Below are positions 9,286-19,465 of a stretch of 64,000 bases of DNA, in pieces. How positions within the stretch are numbered: position 1 is the first letter of the stretch; each line of letters begins with the position of its first letter. Position numbers and translations under genes: made by a program. Source of the DNA: a virus; IMG/VR virus record IMGVR_UViG_3300046492_000199; one strand, written 5' to 3'. The notes below the pieces were generated by a model. The model saw only the letters and a program-made list of their open reading frames with translations, did no database searches and was not told where the DNA came from.

Positions 9286-11392
9286 TTATCACTCTCTTAA
9301 CGCACTACTGGCAATTCCCACTCATGACGGAAAAGTAAATTTCGACGCAGACAAAGAAGCAGCACGTCAGTATTTTTTGAATCATATAAATCAGAATACC
9401 GTTTTCTTCCACTCTCTGGAAGAGAAGATCGCATACCTCATCGAGAATGAATATTACGAGCAGGACGTTTTTGATCTCTACAAATTTGAAGATATTAAAA
9501 ACCTATTCAAGACTATCTATGACGTAAAGTTTCGCTTCCCCTCATTCATGGGCGCTTTTAAATTTTATACCCAATACGCGATGAAGACGTTCGATGGCGA
9601 GCGTTATATCGAACGCTATGAAGATCGCGTCTGCATGACAGCGCTCTACCTTGGCCGTGGTGATTTAGCTCTGGCCCATGACATAGCTTCCGCCATTGTC
9701 AAGGGCGAGTATCAACCCGCTACGCCAACCTTCCTTAATTCTGGTAAGAAGCAGCGTGGCGAACTTGTTTCGTGTTTCCTTCTCCGTGTCGAAGATAATA
9801 TGGAAAGCATTTCACGCGCCATCAACTCTTCACTTCAGCTTTCTAAGCGTGGCGGTGGTGTTGCCCTCCTCCTCACAAATCTTCGTGAAGCTGGTGCGCC
9901 GATCAAGAAAATTGAGAATCAGTCTTCCGGCGTTGTGCCTGTGATGAAAATTTTAGAAGATTCATTCTCCTACGCAAATCAGCTTGGGGCTCGACAAGGC
10001 GCTGGCGCGGTTTACCTAAACGTTCACCACCCCGACATTTTGGAATTTCTTGACACGAAGCGCGAGAATGCTGATGAGAAGATTCGTATCAAGACACTTT
10101 CCCTCGGGCTAGTCGTACCAGATATTACGTTTGAACTGGCGAAGAAGAATGAAGACATGTTCCTGTTTTCGCCTTATGATGTTGAGCGCGTCTATGGCAA
10201 GCCAATGTCTGAAGTCTCTATCACAGAGAATTATTACGACATGGTAGCGAATACTGAGATTCGTAAGAAGTCAATCTCGGCTCGTGAACTGTTTCAAATC
10301 ATTGCTAAGATTCAGTTTGAATCTGGCTATCCATATCTGATGTTTGAAGATACTGTCAATAAGTTAAATCCGATTGACGGCGTTATCAACATGTCTAATC
10401 TTTGCTCAGAAATCCTACAGGTAAACACTCCTTCTGTTTACGAAGACGATCTCGGATATAAGGTTATTGGTAAAGACATTTCGTGTAACCTTGGCTCGCT
10501 TAACATTTACAACGCGATGAAGTCAGATGATCTTGGTAGGCTCGTTAGAACTTCTATCCTTGCCTTAAACACTGTATCGGAAATGTCATCCCTAGACAGC
10601 GTGCCTTCGATACGCGAAGGGAATGCTAAGAGCCACGCCATCGGCTTGGGGCAAATGAATCTTCATGGCTATCTCGCGAGTGAAAAGATTCATTACGGTT
10701 CAGAAGAATCTGTTGACTTTACGAATATTTACTTTTATACAGTTTTATATCACGCGCTGCGTGCGTCTAATGAACTGGCGAAACTTCGTGGTAAATCATT
10801 CGACGGCTTCGAAAAGAGTGCTTATGCCGATGGTTCATTCTTTGATAAATACATTAATCAAAAATGGGAACCTGCGACAGAACGCGTCAAAGAACTTTTC
10901 GGCGGCAAGTTTATCCCGACACAGGGTGATTGGGTCGATCTGGCTCAAGCCATCCTTATTGATGGATTGTATAATCAAAATCTTCAGGCCGTTCCGCCTA
11001 CAGGCTCGATCTCGTACATCAATAACGCCACGTCTTCAATTCATCCTATTGTTGAAAAGATCGAAGCTCGTAAGGAAGGTAAAATTGGACGCGTCTACTA
11101 TCCCGCGCCTCATCTCACAAACGACAATGCGGAATATTTTGCAGATGCTTACGAAATCGGTCCAGAAAAGATTATTGATATCTATGCCGCCGCTACTCAG
11201 CATGTGGATCAAGGCTTGTCGCTGACATTGTTCTTCCCTGACACAGCGACGACTAAAGATATCAACAAGGCGCAAATCTATGCGTGGAAGAAAGGTATCA
11301 AGACAATTTATTATATCAGGATTCGCAAAAAGGCTTTAGAAGCAAAAACAATCGAAGTAACTGAAGACTCTTGCGAAAGCTGTGTACTATGA
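9278..11392 (+). CDS. nrdE: class Ib ribonucleotide reductase alpha subunit
   Basis: [35 protein letters not shown]-terminal CESC. Confidence 0.97.
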   Translation: MLDYHSLNALLAIPTHDGKVNFDADKEAARQYFLNHINQNTVFFHSLEEKIAYLIENEYYEQDVFDLYKFEDIKNLFKTIYDVKFRFPSFMGAFKFYTQYAMKTFDGERYIERYEDRVCMTALYLGRGDLALAHDIASAIVKGEYQPATPTFLNSGKKQRGELVSCFLLRVEDNMESISRAINSSLQLSKRGGGVALLLTNLREAGAPIKKIENQSSGVVPVMKILEDSFSYANQLGARQGAGAVYLNVHHPDILEFLDTKRENADEKIRIKTLSLGLVVPDITFELAKKNEDMFLFSPYDVERVYGKPMSEVSITENYYDMVANTEIRKKSISARELFQIIAKIQFESGYPYLMFEDTVNKLNPIDGVINMSNLCSEILQVNTPSVYEDDLGYKVIGKDISCNLGSLNIYNAMKSDDLGRLVRTSILALNTVSEMSSLDSVPSIREGNAKSHAIGLGQMNLHGYLASEKIHYGSEESVDFTNIYFYTVLYHALRASNELAKLRGKSFDGFEKSAYADGSFFDKYINQKWEPATERVKELFGGKFIPTQGDWVDLAQAILIDGLYNQNLQAVPPTGSISYINNATSSIHPIVEKIEARKEGKIGRVYYPAPHLTNDNAEYFADAYEIGPEKIIDIYAAATQHVDQGLSLTLFFPDTATTKDINKAQIYAWKKGIKTIYYIRIRKKALEAKTIEVTEDSCESCVL

Positions 11393-12336
11393 ATTTCTCT
11401 GGCGCTATTAATTGGAATCAATTAGAAGATAACACGGATTTGGAAGTCTGGAACAGAATGACTTCTAGCTTTTGGCTCCCCGAAAAAATCGCGATATCCA
11501 ATGATATTCCATCGTGGACCACGATGAGTGAAATAGAACAAGAGACAACGGTGAAAGTCTTTACCGGTCTCACCTATCTTGACCACTTACAAAGCTCAGC
11601 CGGTGCGCCTTCTCTCATGGTAGATGCTGTGACGCAGCACGAAGAAGCTAATCTAGCTTTCATTGGTGCGATGGAAGCAATTCATGCCCGATCTTATTCT
11701 TCAGTGTTCGCTACACTGTGTAGCTCCTCTGAAATCGCAAAAACGTTCGAATGGGCGAAGAATAATAAGCACCTTCAACAGAAATTTGAAATAGTAAATA
11801 AGTATTATAGCGGTACTGATCCTCTTATGAAGAAAGCAGCTTCAGTATTTCTAGAAAGTTTTATGTTTTATTCCGGATTCTACTTGCCGCTTAAATTATC
11901 GGCAAGAAAGAAACTCACTAATACTGCTGATATTATTAAATTAATCATTGCAGACGAAGCGGTACATGGATATTACATTGGATATAAATTCCAAGTAGCG
12001 GCGCGTAAACTTTCTCAGGCAGAGCGAGACGAGTTGGAGCAAAAAGTTAAAATCCTACTTAACTCGCTTTACGCGGTAGAAACGGCATATGCTTATGAAA
12101 TTTATAAAGATATAGGCTGGTACGAAGAAGTAATTCCATTCCTAAATTACAACGCAAACAAAGCTCTGATGAATTTGGGCTATGACGAAATGTTTGATTT
12201 CAGTGAGACTCAAGCCGATCCTTCCGTCATTGCTGCACTGACTTCAGACGATAATCACGACTTTTTCTCCGGCGCTGGCTCAAATTACGTCATGGGAAAA
12301 GCAGTAGATACAGACGACTCAGATTGGGATTTTTAA
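11389..12336 (+). CDS. nrdF: class Ib ribonucleotide reductase beta subunit
   Basis: [30 protein letters not shown]; ATGA overlap with nrdE. Confidence 0.96.
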   Translation: MNFSGAINWNQLEDNTDLEVWNRMTSSFWLPEKIAISNDIPSWTTMSEIEQETTVKVFTGLTYLDHLQSSAGAPSLMVDAVTQHEEANLAFIGAMEAIHARSYSSVFATLCSSSEIAKTFEWAKNNKHLQQKFEIVNKYYSGTDPLMKKAASVFLESFMFYSGFYLPLKLSARKKLTNTADIIKLIIADEAVHGYYIGYKFQVAARKLSQAERDELEQKVKILLNSLYAVETAYAYEIYKDIGWYEEVIPFLNYNANKALMNLGYDEMFDFSETQADPSVIAALTSDDNHDFFSGAGSNYVMGKAVDTDDSDWDF

Positions 12337-12339
12337 AAA

Positions 12340-12588
12340 ATGTTCACAGTGTACAGTAAAGATAATTGCGGATTTTGTGTCAAGGCTTATGCCTTGCTGG
12401 ACCTGAAAGGCGCGGCTTACAGGAAAGAAATTCTCGACACGGAAGAAAAATTGCAAGCTTTTAAAGCTCGGGGCTTTAGGCAAGTTCCTCAGATTTACTT
12501 TAATGATGAATTGATTGGCGGCTTCGATAAGCTTGAAGTTTGGTACAAGACGCGAGACGCAACCGAAGATAGTGCTTTTGATGATTAA
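12340..12588 (+). CDS. nrdH: NrdH/glutaredoxin-like redoxin
   Basis: CGFC active site, QVPQI, IGGFD. Confidence 0.85.
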   Translation: MFTVYSKDNCGFCVKAYALLDLKGAAYRKEILDTEEKLQAFKARGFRQVPQIYFNDELIGGFDKLEVWYKTRDATEDSAFDD

Positions 12589-12589
12589 A

Positions 12590-12620
12590 AAGAAACCCCG
12601 CTGAGAAGCGGGGTTTTTTA
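12590..12620. terminator. bidirectional terminator between convergent operons
   Basis: AAACCCCGCT-gaga-AGCGGGGTTT with A/T tracts on both sides. Confidence 0.85.
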
Positions 12621-12857
12621 TTATCGAAATCCGTATGTAGAACTTATTCCGTATCGGCCCTCAATTGCTTTGTTCAAAGCCGTAGCCCCTCTAGCAATAT
12701 CCTTGGCCACTTCGCTTCTCAACGTATCAAGAAGATTTTGGATATCCACGGTCTTGACAGTCTCAAATTTTAAAATACTCAGGACCGTATCTGATCCAAG
12801 TTTCCCAAACTCTTCCGCCGTGATATCTAGTGTGACATGTTCGGACGTGATCAGCAT
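12621..12857 (-). CDS. small protein whose C-terminus matches the tape-measure C-terminus
   Basis: TAATG-coupled to o-spanin; VAKDIARGATALNKAIEGRYG vs TMP VAKDISKGGTSLNKAIEGRYG. Confidence 0.75.
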   Translation of the reverse strand: MLITSEHVTLDITAEEFGKLGSDTVLSILKFETVKTVDIQNLLDTLRSEVAKDIARGATALNKAIEGRYGISSTYGFR

Positions 12858-13162
12858 TATTTCTGACCCCATTCTTCTTTGAGCTTCAACGCGTTTTCGT
12901 TCTGCTTATCGATCAGGCCAATAATTTCTTTGAGCTTCAATTTGCAATCAAGGCGAGCCGAATTCAATTTAATAATAAATTCGCCTACTTCACGCTGCGT
13001 GTAAATTCCTGTAGGCCTCTTGGGAAGGCCGGAACAGGTGCGCAACGCGGCAGGAATTTCCACGGTATAAATCAGGGGCTCGTATTTAGTTGTCGCCGCG
13101 CAACCCGCTAATGCTACGCTCCAAGAGAGGAGACACACTCCCATTATCGCTTTCAGGTTCAT
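12857..13162 (-). CDS. o-spanin (Rz1-like lipoprotein)
   Basis: Signal peptide with LAGC lipobox; overlaps the 3' end of the i-spanin. Confidence 0.8.
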   Translation of the reverse strand: MNLKAIMGVCLLSWSVALAGCAATTKYEPLIYTVEIPAALRTCSGLPKRPTGIYTQREVGEFIIKLNSARLDCKLKLKEIIGLIDKQNENALKLKEEWGQK

Positions 13163-13421
13163 TTCTAAGTTTCTCCAAATCTTCTTCTAATTGTTTATTT
13201 GCTTCGTTCTGCTGTGTCAGTAGATTCTCAAGAGATTGCTGCGCCGCTTTAGAATTATCAACTTCTAATGCTTTGGATTTAAATGCCGCCTTGGCATTAT
13301 CTCTTTCGATACTGACTTGCAGAACTTCATTTTTTAAATGTTGGTTCGTGGCATAGAGCGAACTTAGCGCTCCAAATGCCAAGAGACCAACGATCAGATA
13401 TACACCAATTTGATTGAACAT
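13086..13421 (-). CDS. i-spanin (Rz-like)
   Basis: N-terminal TM helix then coiled coil, directly after endolysin. Confidence 0.8.
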   Translation of the reverse strand: MFNQIGVYLIVGLLAFGALSSLYATNQHLKNEVLQVSIERDNAKAAFKSKALEVDNSKAAQQSLENLLTQQNEANKQLEEDLEKLRNEPESDNGSVSPLLERSISGLRGDN

Positions 13422-14497
13422 TATTTATCCTCAAACGCTTTTTTATAGTTTGTGTAGGCCTTGATGATTTTATCTTGGGCCAGAATGCCTAGGACAGCTA
13501 GAACGATAAGGCTCAAGAAGATGGCAACAAGAATTCGCCAGTCCTGAAACCAAGCGAGTCCGCCAGCGAACGGGATAGATGAGAACCAATAACCGAAGCG
13601 GCTGAAGAAACCGGCTTGAATAGCAGGAGGTTGACCTAAAACGCCACTTGGATCTTGACCTTGATCTTCGACAACTTCAGCCAACTTCTGTTTCGTCAGT
13701 GGGCCAACTTCGCCATCAACGGTTAGGCCGTTAGCTTCTTGGAATTGCATCACGACTTCTTGAGTGTGACCACCAAAATCTCCATCAGAGTCCACATCAT
13801 ATCCAGCGGTTTGTAGCGCGCTCTGCACCGCCTCAACATCAGCGCCCTTCGTGCCAATATCGACAGTTGGATTGCTATACGAAACAGGCGTGAACTTAGA
13901 GCTATTAAGTTTGGCCTGCCACTTGCGATCCGCGTTTAGAAGCTTGACGTGATAGTTGTTAGCTTTATATTGCTTGCCGTTATAACCAGCGGCAAAAACT
14001 TCCCACTTGCCACTTTTCAGAGCTTCGAAGATACCCTTGGCCTGAGCAAATTTAATAATACCCTCAAGCTGATTAGCTTCGCTCTGAGCCATCCACTGAA
14101 CCATGGATAGCGCGGTTGGGAAGCCTAACATGGCATGATTGAAGCCCATGCACTGACCCATGCCAAACGAAGTTGACATAGCTGCGATCTCGTCTCCCGC
14201 GATAGAGGCGCAAAGATCGATCCTGTCATAGGATGTTTTGGGGTAATTGCGTACCCAATCCTTATAAGCAATGCCAGCCTTGACGAGTTTATCCCTTACC
14301 GCGCCCTTGGTGTAGCGGTAGGCGATATGAGGCTCGTACAGCGCGATTAGGCGGTTCTGGCTGTCGTAACCGCTACCGCGTGCTTCTACCTCTGCTACGG
14401 CTCTGAGGCGCGATTCTGCGATGTTGTACTTATTGGCTAGAGCAGTGAAATCCGCAGCGCTAATTTTTCTCCCTGTGCCGTAATAAAATCTTGTCAT
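13421..14497 (-). CDS. endolysin: N-acetylmuramidase (DUF3380-type) + peptidoglycan-binding domain + C-terminal TM
   Basis: AVAEVE, STSFGMGQCMGFNH, FAAGYNG; VEAVQSAL...DGDFG...FQEANGLTVDGEVGP. Confidence 0.9.
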   Translation of the reverse strand: MTRFYYGTGRKISAADFTALANKYNIAESRLRAVAEVEARGSGYDSQNRLIALYEPHIAYRYTKGAVRDKLVKAGIAYKDWVRNYPKTSYDRIDLCASIAGDEIAAMSTSFGMGQCMGFNHAMLGFPTALSMVQWMAQSEANQLEGIIKFAQAKGIFEALKSGKWEVFAAGYNGKQYKANNYHVKLLNADRKWQAKLNSSKFTPVSYSNPTVDIGTKGADVEAVQSALQTAGYDVDSDGDFGGHTQEVVMQFQEANGLTVDGEVGPLTKQKLAEVVEDQGQDPSGVLGQPPAIQAGFFSRFGYWFSSIPFAGGLAWFQDWRILVAIFLSLIVLAVLGILAQDKIIKAYTNYKKAFEDK

Positions 14498-17400
14498 TAT
14501 GTTGCCGTCCTACTAAATTGTGTTGAATAGAGATAACCGTTACCACCGGCATAACTATCGATTGTACTAACTCTGTAATAATATGTCGTCCCTGAAGCCA
14601 GACCAGTAATTGAAACACCTAGGGCGTTTGCATCAAATACTCTGTTTGCCGGGGCAGGAGTAAACCCGTTTACCGTGCTCATGAATACTTGATATTTAAT
14701 AATGTCTGATCCAGATACCGCGCTCCACGTGATATCAATTCTTCCCGCACTTGGGCTTGTTGAACTGATTGTCGTAGGTGCAGCTGGTGCATTATCAGCA
14801 ACGTTCAATGTTGTATCCGGCCCGACTAGGCTTGAGTTTTCAGCATTGACTTTCACGGAGAAAGTTCTCCAAGGCCCGCCATCTGCAATTAACTGTGAAT
14901 TACTATAGAAATAGTTATTCGAAGTTGTCGTGGTTTGCCTTACCAATGTGCCAATATTATTATAAATTTTAACTCTATAAAGCGTGGCGCTCGTAACTGT
15001 GTTCCATTGGATCGTAGCTTCTACGCCGGTATATGGCGAGGTGAGGGATAATCCAGAAACTGCACCCAATGTGAGACCAAGAATTTGATCCGACACGGCG
15101 GCAGATTCGCCATAATCATTAATAGCATAAACATTGACTTGAACCCTAGACCAAGGTCCGCCAGCAGCGGTAATCTCAGAAGAGGTCCATGATAAGAACG
15201 GCGACGATACAGTCTTAGAAAGTTTGATAGTATCAAAATTCCCGCTACCTACAACGCTTTCAATATAAACATCACCTCTGTAAGACGTGGCACGTGGCGC
15301 GGCGTTAAACGTGGCCTGAAGTGTACCAGCATTAACGTCAGCTGTTGCGTCCAAGTTACTTACTATACCCGGAGATAGAGAAGGAGTACCAAAGCTTTGG
15401 GGATTTGGATCAATATATTTCCAAGGCCCGATGATGGTATTAAAAGCCGCAACCCTTACATATAAATCACCAGCACTTGCGACGATCTGGAAATTCAGGT
15501 TGGAACCATTGTAAACGGTTTGCCAGCTAATTCCGTCATAAGAAATTTGCAGAATATAACTCTGCGCCCCAATAGCACCGGACCAGATAGCATTAATATC
15601 TACTGGATCACTGCCGCTCAATGGGTCTTGAGATATATGAATGCTCGTTACTTCAGGACCGGCAGGCACAACGCCGGGGCCATAATATGTAACACCCGGA
15701 GGAGGAGTACCGGTATCGGCGCTATATACTCTAGGATCATCAATTGCCAGAGTTAGATCGACTTTATCGATACCCCTCATTGTTGAGCCGACAACTATAA
15801 ATCTCTTTTTGTACTCCGTGGTAGAACCTAGGACAAAAGCCGTGTCTTTGGCTTCGCCGTCATAAGATAGAACTTCCTCAATTGTAATGTCTTGAGAAAT
15901 TTCCAAAGCATCTAGCGAGCCACTTTCTAATTGAACCTCATTCGTGAAACCAGTATATGTAACCTCTATCGGGCCAAATTCTTTACCATCACGGCGTCTC
16001 AATGAAATATAATTTGTTTCAGATTGACTCAATGTGACGTTTCTATCAAAAACAAGAATTCTATCAGATGGTAAATAATCCACGACCAACCCGTTCTGAG
16101 ACCAACCCGGAACGTCATGGCTAACAATAACTGGATCGCCTTTGAGCAGCAAACGTCCATCAGCTTCGGTCGAAACAGAAGCCATAATTCTGCGATAAGA
16201 ATTAGACGCGGCGTGATACATTCCTTCGCGCCAAGCCTGAGACCTATCTGTGATTCCGAAAAGTTGAATTCTTGCAGGTTTTGTCGAAGTCGATCCCGGC
16301 AGAGTACATTGAATTTCAGAATCTTCCCAAGTAGTCGAATCTTTAAATTCTACAATAACATCGTCAGCGCTATCTTCTCCTTTAGCAATGTGCGTAGTTT
16401 TAAAAGTGTTCTTCAAAATGGACTGAGGCGTAATAACAGTTCTGGCTAGAGAGCGTTGTTGATCCCTGACAAATGTCACCATGCCAGCGACAAGAATTGG
16501 CTGCGTTCTAACAACGGCTAGAACTGAATTTAGTGCATCCCACAAAGTTCTGGCCGTGTCAAAGACGCCGTTGAAACCATCATTTCTGGAGTCATAAATC
16601 TGAGCCAGTTCACTAAGTTTGGCAATGTCGATTCGACTATCTGGCAGGCCAGCGCCGTAAACAGTGTTTCTTAATATGTCAGCCGCGATCCATGCCGGAT
16701 TGCTAGTATCAGCTGGTGGTTGCCAAGCCCCATTATCCCAATAAGGAATTCTCCCCCTTTGGATGGTATTGATTTGAGTCGAACTCTGACTACTTAACTG
16801 ATTAGAAGCCCTGATCTTTACCGCTAACAGTGTAACATCTGGATAGATGTTATCGTCGGGGATGAAGGCTCTCAGACTTTGCCAAACAATATCATTACCG
16901 TAACGAGAATCTGTTTGTTTCGTGCTAGTTCTTCTAACTCTAACTTCGTATCTTCCGAGACTTACATAGATATTACGTGTGTAACGACGCTGTGTAGAAT
17001 CGGCAAGCGTAAACGTCTCGTTAAGTACGGTGATGTAGCTTCCGATAGGATCGCCTAGATTATCAATCTGTCTAACTTGAACTGTGTAGCTCACAGAAGC
17101 ATTGCTCAAACCACCAGCATCGTTGGCGTAGTAAAGCCCGCGAGGTAGGACAAGGTCAACTTGGAGGTGATCCGTGGCTTGATTGTTAGGGTTAGCCACA
17201 AATGGGCCGGTCCAAACAGAAGTGTCAATTAGTTCTTGGCCGCTTACTTCAGCCGACGTGTTGACGTTGGATGGAAATAGTGTAATAGTTCCACCGGGAG
17301 GAATGACTTCTATCTGAACATTGGAAAACGAGCCGCTGTAGCCAGAAGTGGTATCCCACAATTCTGTTTCGCCAATGTTAATTTTCATTAGATCATAATA

Positions 17401-17985
17401 ACCAACACCGAGGCAAAACAATTGGTATAGATATTGATCGTTATTTTCAAAGCTTTGAAATGGCTGTGACGCAAAGTCTGGATATAGAATATGCGTCCCA
17501 TAAAGTCTTGGGATAGGATTTAAGAGTCTGGCGCTATTACCCTGAGCCCCAATATCATAAGTAGGGCTAGCGGCTTGAGCCGATTCTTGCTTAGGGGTTT
17601 TTACTGAAGAGCCTAGGAATGCATTGATTAGAAACGTGCCGCCAAGAACGATTGCGGCAGAAATGAGTGCAAACGCAAATGTACCAGAGGCCGCGAAAAG
17701 CCCAGCGATAGGACCAGCGACAATACCAAGCGCAATGATAGCAACGGTTTTAAGAATATCTTTAAATGTTTCGCCACGAGGGATTACAACGAATTTAATC
17801 TCGTCTTCCTTCATCCCGACTACATTCCCCCAATCCTTTCTAAGGACCGGTACGCCGTTGCGTACACAAATTACCGGTTCTCTTTTATAAGGCGCACCTA
17901 GTTTGTCAGCGATATCGTAATACGTATCACTGCAAACATAGTTATCAATTTTTAAATTAGCAAAAGGTGAATTATATTCAATCAT
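14497..17985 (-). CDS. tail tip/central fibre protein (lambda J-like, with FN3-like C-terminal repeats)
   Basis: PIPRLYG, DLVLPRGLY, NPAWIAADIL motifs; position after the NlpC gene. Confidence 0.88.
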   Translation of the reverse strand: MIEYNSPFANLKIDNYVCSDTYYDIADKLGAPYKREPVICVRNGVPVLRKDWGNVVGMKEDEIKFVVIPRGETFKDILKTVAIIALGIVAGPIAGLFAASGTFAFALISAAIVLGGTFLINAFLGSSVKTPKQESAQAASPTYDIGAQGNSARLLNPIPRLYGTHILYPDFASQPFQSFENNDQYLYQLFCLGVGYYDLMKINIGETELWDTTSGYSGSFSNVQIEVIPPGGTITLFPSNVNTSAEVSGQELIDTSVWTGPFVANPNNQATDHLQVDLVLPRGLYYANDAGGLSNASVSYTVQVRQIDNLGDPIGSYITVLNETFTLADSTQRRYTRNIYVSLGRYEVRVRRTSTKQTDSRYGNDIVWQSLRAFIPDDNIYPDVTLLAVKIRASNQLSSQSSTQINTIQRGRIPYWDNGAWQPPADTSNPAWIAADILRNTVYGAGLPDSRIDIAKLSELAQIYDSRNDGFNGVFDTARTLWDALNSVLAVVRTQPILVAGMVTFVRDQQRSLARTVITPQSILKNTFKTTHIAKGEDSADDVIVEFKDSTTWEDSEIQCTLPGSTSTKPARIQLFGITDRSQAWREGMYHAASNSYRRIMASVSTEADGRLLLKGDPVIVSHDVPGWSQNGLVVDYLPSDRILVFDRNVTLSQSETNYISLRRRDGKEFGPIEVTYTGFTNEVQLESGSLDALEISQDITIEEVLSYDGEAKDTAFVLGSTTEYKKRFIVVGSTMRGIDKVDLTLAIDDPRVYSADTGTPPPGVTYYGPGVVPAGPEVTSIHISQDPLSGSDPVDINAIWSGAIGAQSYILQISYDGISWQTVYNGSNLNFQIVASAGDLYVRVAAFNTIIGPWKYIDPNPQSFGTPSLSPGIVSNLDATADVNAGTLQATFNAAPRATSYRGDVYIESVVGSGNFDTIKLSKTVSSPFLSWTSSEITAAGGPWSRVQVNVYAINDYGESAAVSDQILGLTLGAVSGLSLTSPYTGVEATIQWNTVTSATLYRVKIYNNIGTLVRQTTTTSNNYFYSNSQLIADGGPWRTFSVKVNAENSSLVGPDTTLNVADNAPAAPTTISSTSPSAGRIDITWSAVSGSDIIKYQVFMSTVNGFTPAPANRVFDANALGVSITGLASGTTYYYRVSTIDSYAGGNGYLYSTQFSRTAT

Positions 17986-18397
17986 GTTTATACTTATAAA
18001 AATTAAAACGACGCCAGCCAGAAGCTTTTAAAACAATTAGAGGGTCAAAAGTAACCCCGGCAAATGAGCAATGTAAAATCCCTCCACCGTCGATATCTAG
18101 ATAAACCCCGATATGATGTGGGTTATTGGAATTGGATAGTTCGACCACACCACCATGAACCGGAGCATCTACTTTTTCCCAATTTAAATGTTCGGAATGG
18201 TTTCTGATAAATTTAACTAAATCTCTGGCATTATCAGATGGCGGTTCAATAATTTGTAATTCCCTACCAAACGCTTCTTTTTGAACATGGCGGACCAAAC
18301 CCCAACAGTCGAAAGTATCTGGCCCCATAGAGCCAGATTCATATTTAACACCTAGTACAGAGTAAACAATTTCTATTAATTTTTCATCATCTGTCAT
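17978..18397 (-). CDS. NlpC/P60-like tail assembly protein (lambda K-like)
   Basis: FDCWGLV, HHIGVY, ILHC. Confidence 0.85.
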   Translation of the reverse strand: MTDDEKLIEIVYSVLGVKYESGSMGPDTFDCWGLVRHVQKEAFGRELQIIEPPSDNARDLVKFIRNHSEHLNWEKVDAPVHGGVVELSNSNNPHHIGVYLDIDGGGILHCSFAGVTFDPLIVLKASGWRRFNFYKYKHD

Positions 18398-18398
18398 A

Positions 18399-18974
18399 TT
18401 AAATCAAACCTCTAAACTCTTCAGGTCTGTATAACTTTCCCGGAAAGTTTCTGTTAACCAGATCGGCAAAACTGGCCGTAGCGGTTACACGAGTTACTGT
18501 GGTATCTATTGATTGAATCGACATGCCGTTCAAAATAAACTGAGGTACTTCTAAATCGCTTAACAGATATTCTCTATAAGTAACCTCAATGCTAGTGTCC
18601 AGTTCAACAACTGAATCTAAATATTTTCCAACTTCTTTAGTTACGTTATCGATAACGATTTCGATGGTTGGCAGACTTCCTTCTTGCTGCGCCGGAAGTT
18701 CAAAATCAAACATACAGGAGACGTAGCGAACCACTTCTCCCGCATTTACCGGGGCGTCATCTTCAAGCGTGAAATCATACCCAAAAATATCAGGATCGCC
18801 TTCTTCAAGAAGCTCTCCATTATCCCTAACCAACCTAATAGGAGTTAAGTCTCCATTGCTATCCACAAAAGATGGGTGGCGAAGTTCCAGCGTATACAGA
18901 ATTATTTCGCCGGAAGGCGCGGAAGCATAAGCTTCTTGGATAGCTTGGTCCCAAATGTCGTCAGATGTTGCCAT
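18399..18974 (-). CDS. minor tail protein (DUF1833/lambda L-like)
   Basis: AYASAP, TLELRHP, IDNV motifs; canonical position. Confidence 0.75.
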   Translation of the reverse strand: MATSDDIWDQAIQEAYASAPSGEIILYTLELRHPSFVDSNGDLTPIRLVRDNGELLEEGDPDIFGYDFTLEDDAPVNAGEVVRYVSCMFDFELPAQQEGSLPTIEIVIDNVTKEVGKYLDSVVELDTSIEVTYREYLLSDLEVPQFILNGMSIQSIDTTVTRVTATASFADLVNRNFPGKLYRPEEFRGLI

Positions 18975-19457
18975 TTATAAATAGTCTGCCATAATTGTCG
19001 GGTAAGTTTGATTTACTATAATTTGAAGTTTGTCAGCCAATTCTATCGCGAAATCTGCGCCATAGATGCTGATAAAATAAGTAGAAAATGTATTGTAATA
19101 AAAATAATTTCTAACATCTAATTTAATGGTGACTGTGTATTGGTTCCAGCCCTCGTCTTTAACCGAGTATTTTTCAGCAAATCTTGCTTTTCTGACGGTG
19201 TAACTGTTTCCTTCCCAAACAGGAAGTTCAAACCATCTACTGCCCTGATTAAGTGTACCGAAATAGAAACTTCTAAAAACCATGAACTCGTCATTAGTCA
19301 TGGTTAAGGTGCCGCTGTAAGTGAGAAGAGGATTATTAAATCTCACTCTCACCAACTGCGGACCATCATCAAAATCAGTGCGTGCCGGTTCTTTCTCTTC
19401 AATCGAGAAAGAGCCGCGATCTAATGTATAGTTAAGATTAGTAGGCCACTGATCCAT
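18975..19457 (-). CDS. distal tail protein (lambda M-like)
   Basis: RTDFDDGP...LNQGSRWF; directly after the tape measure. Confidence 0.7.
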   Translation of the reverse strand: MDQWPTNLNYTLDRGSFSIEEKEPARTDFDDGPQLVRVRFNNPLLTYSGTLTMTNDEFMVFRSFYFGTLNQGSRWFELPVWEGNSYTVRKARFAEKYSVKDEGWNQYTVTIKLDVRNYFYYNTFSTYFISIYGADFAIELADKLQIIVNQTYPTIMADYL

Positions 19458-19465
19458 TATTTTTA

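Noticed and set aside
9278-12336. Introns or inteins in nrdE/nrdF
   Set aside because: Lengths and motifs are continuous and typical; no insertion is seen
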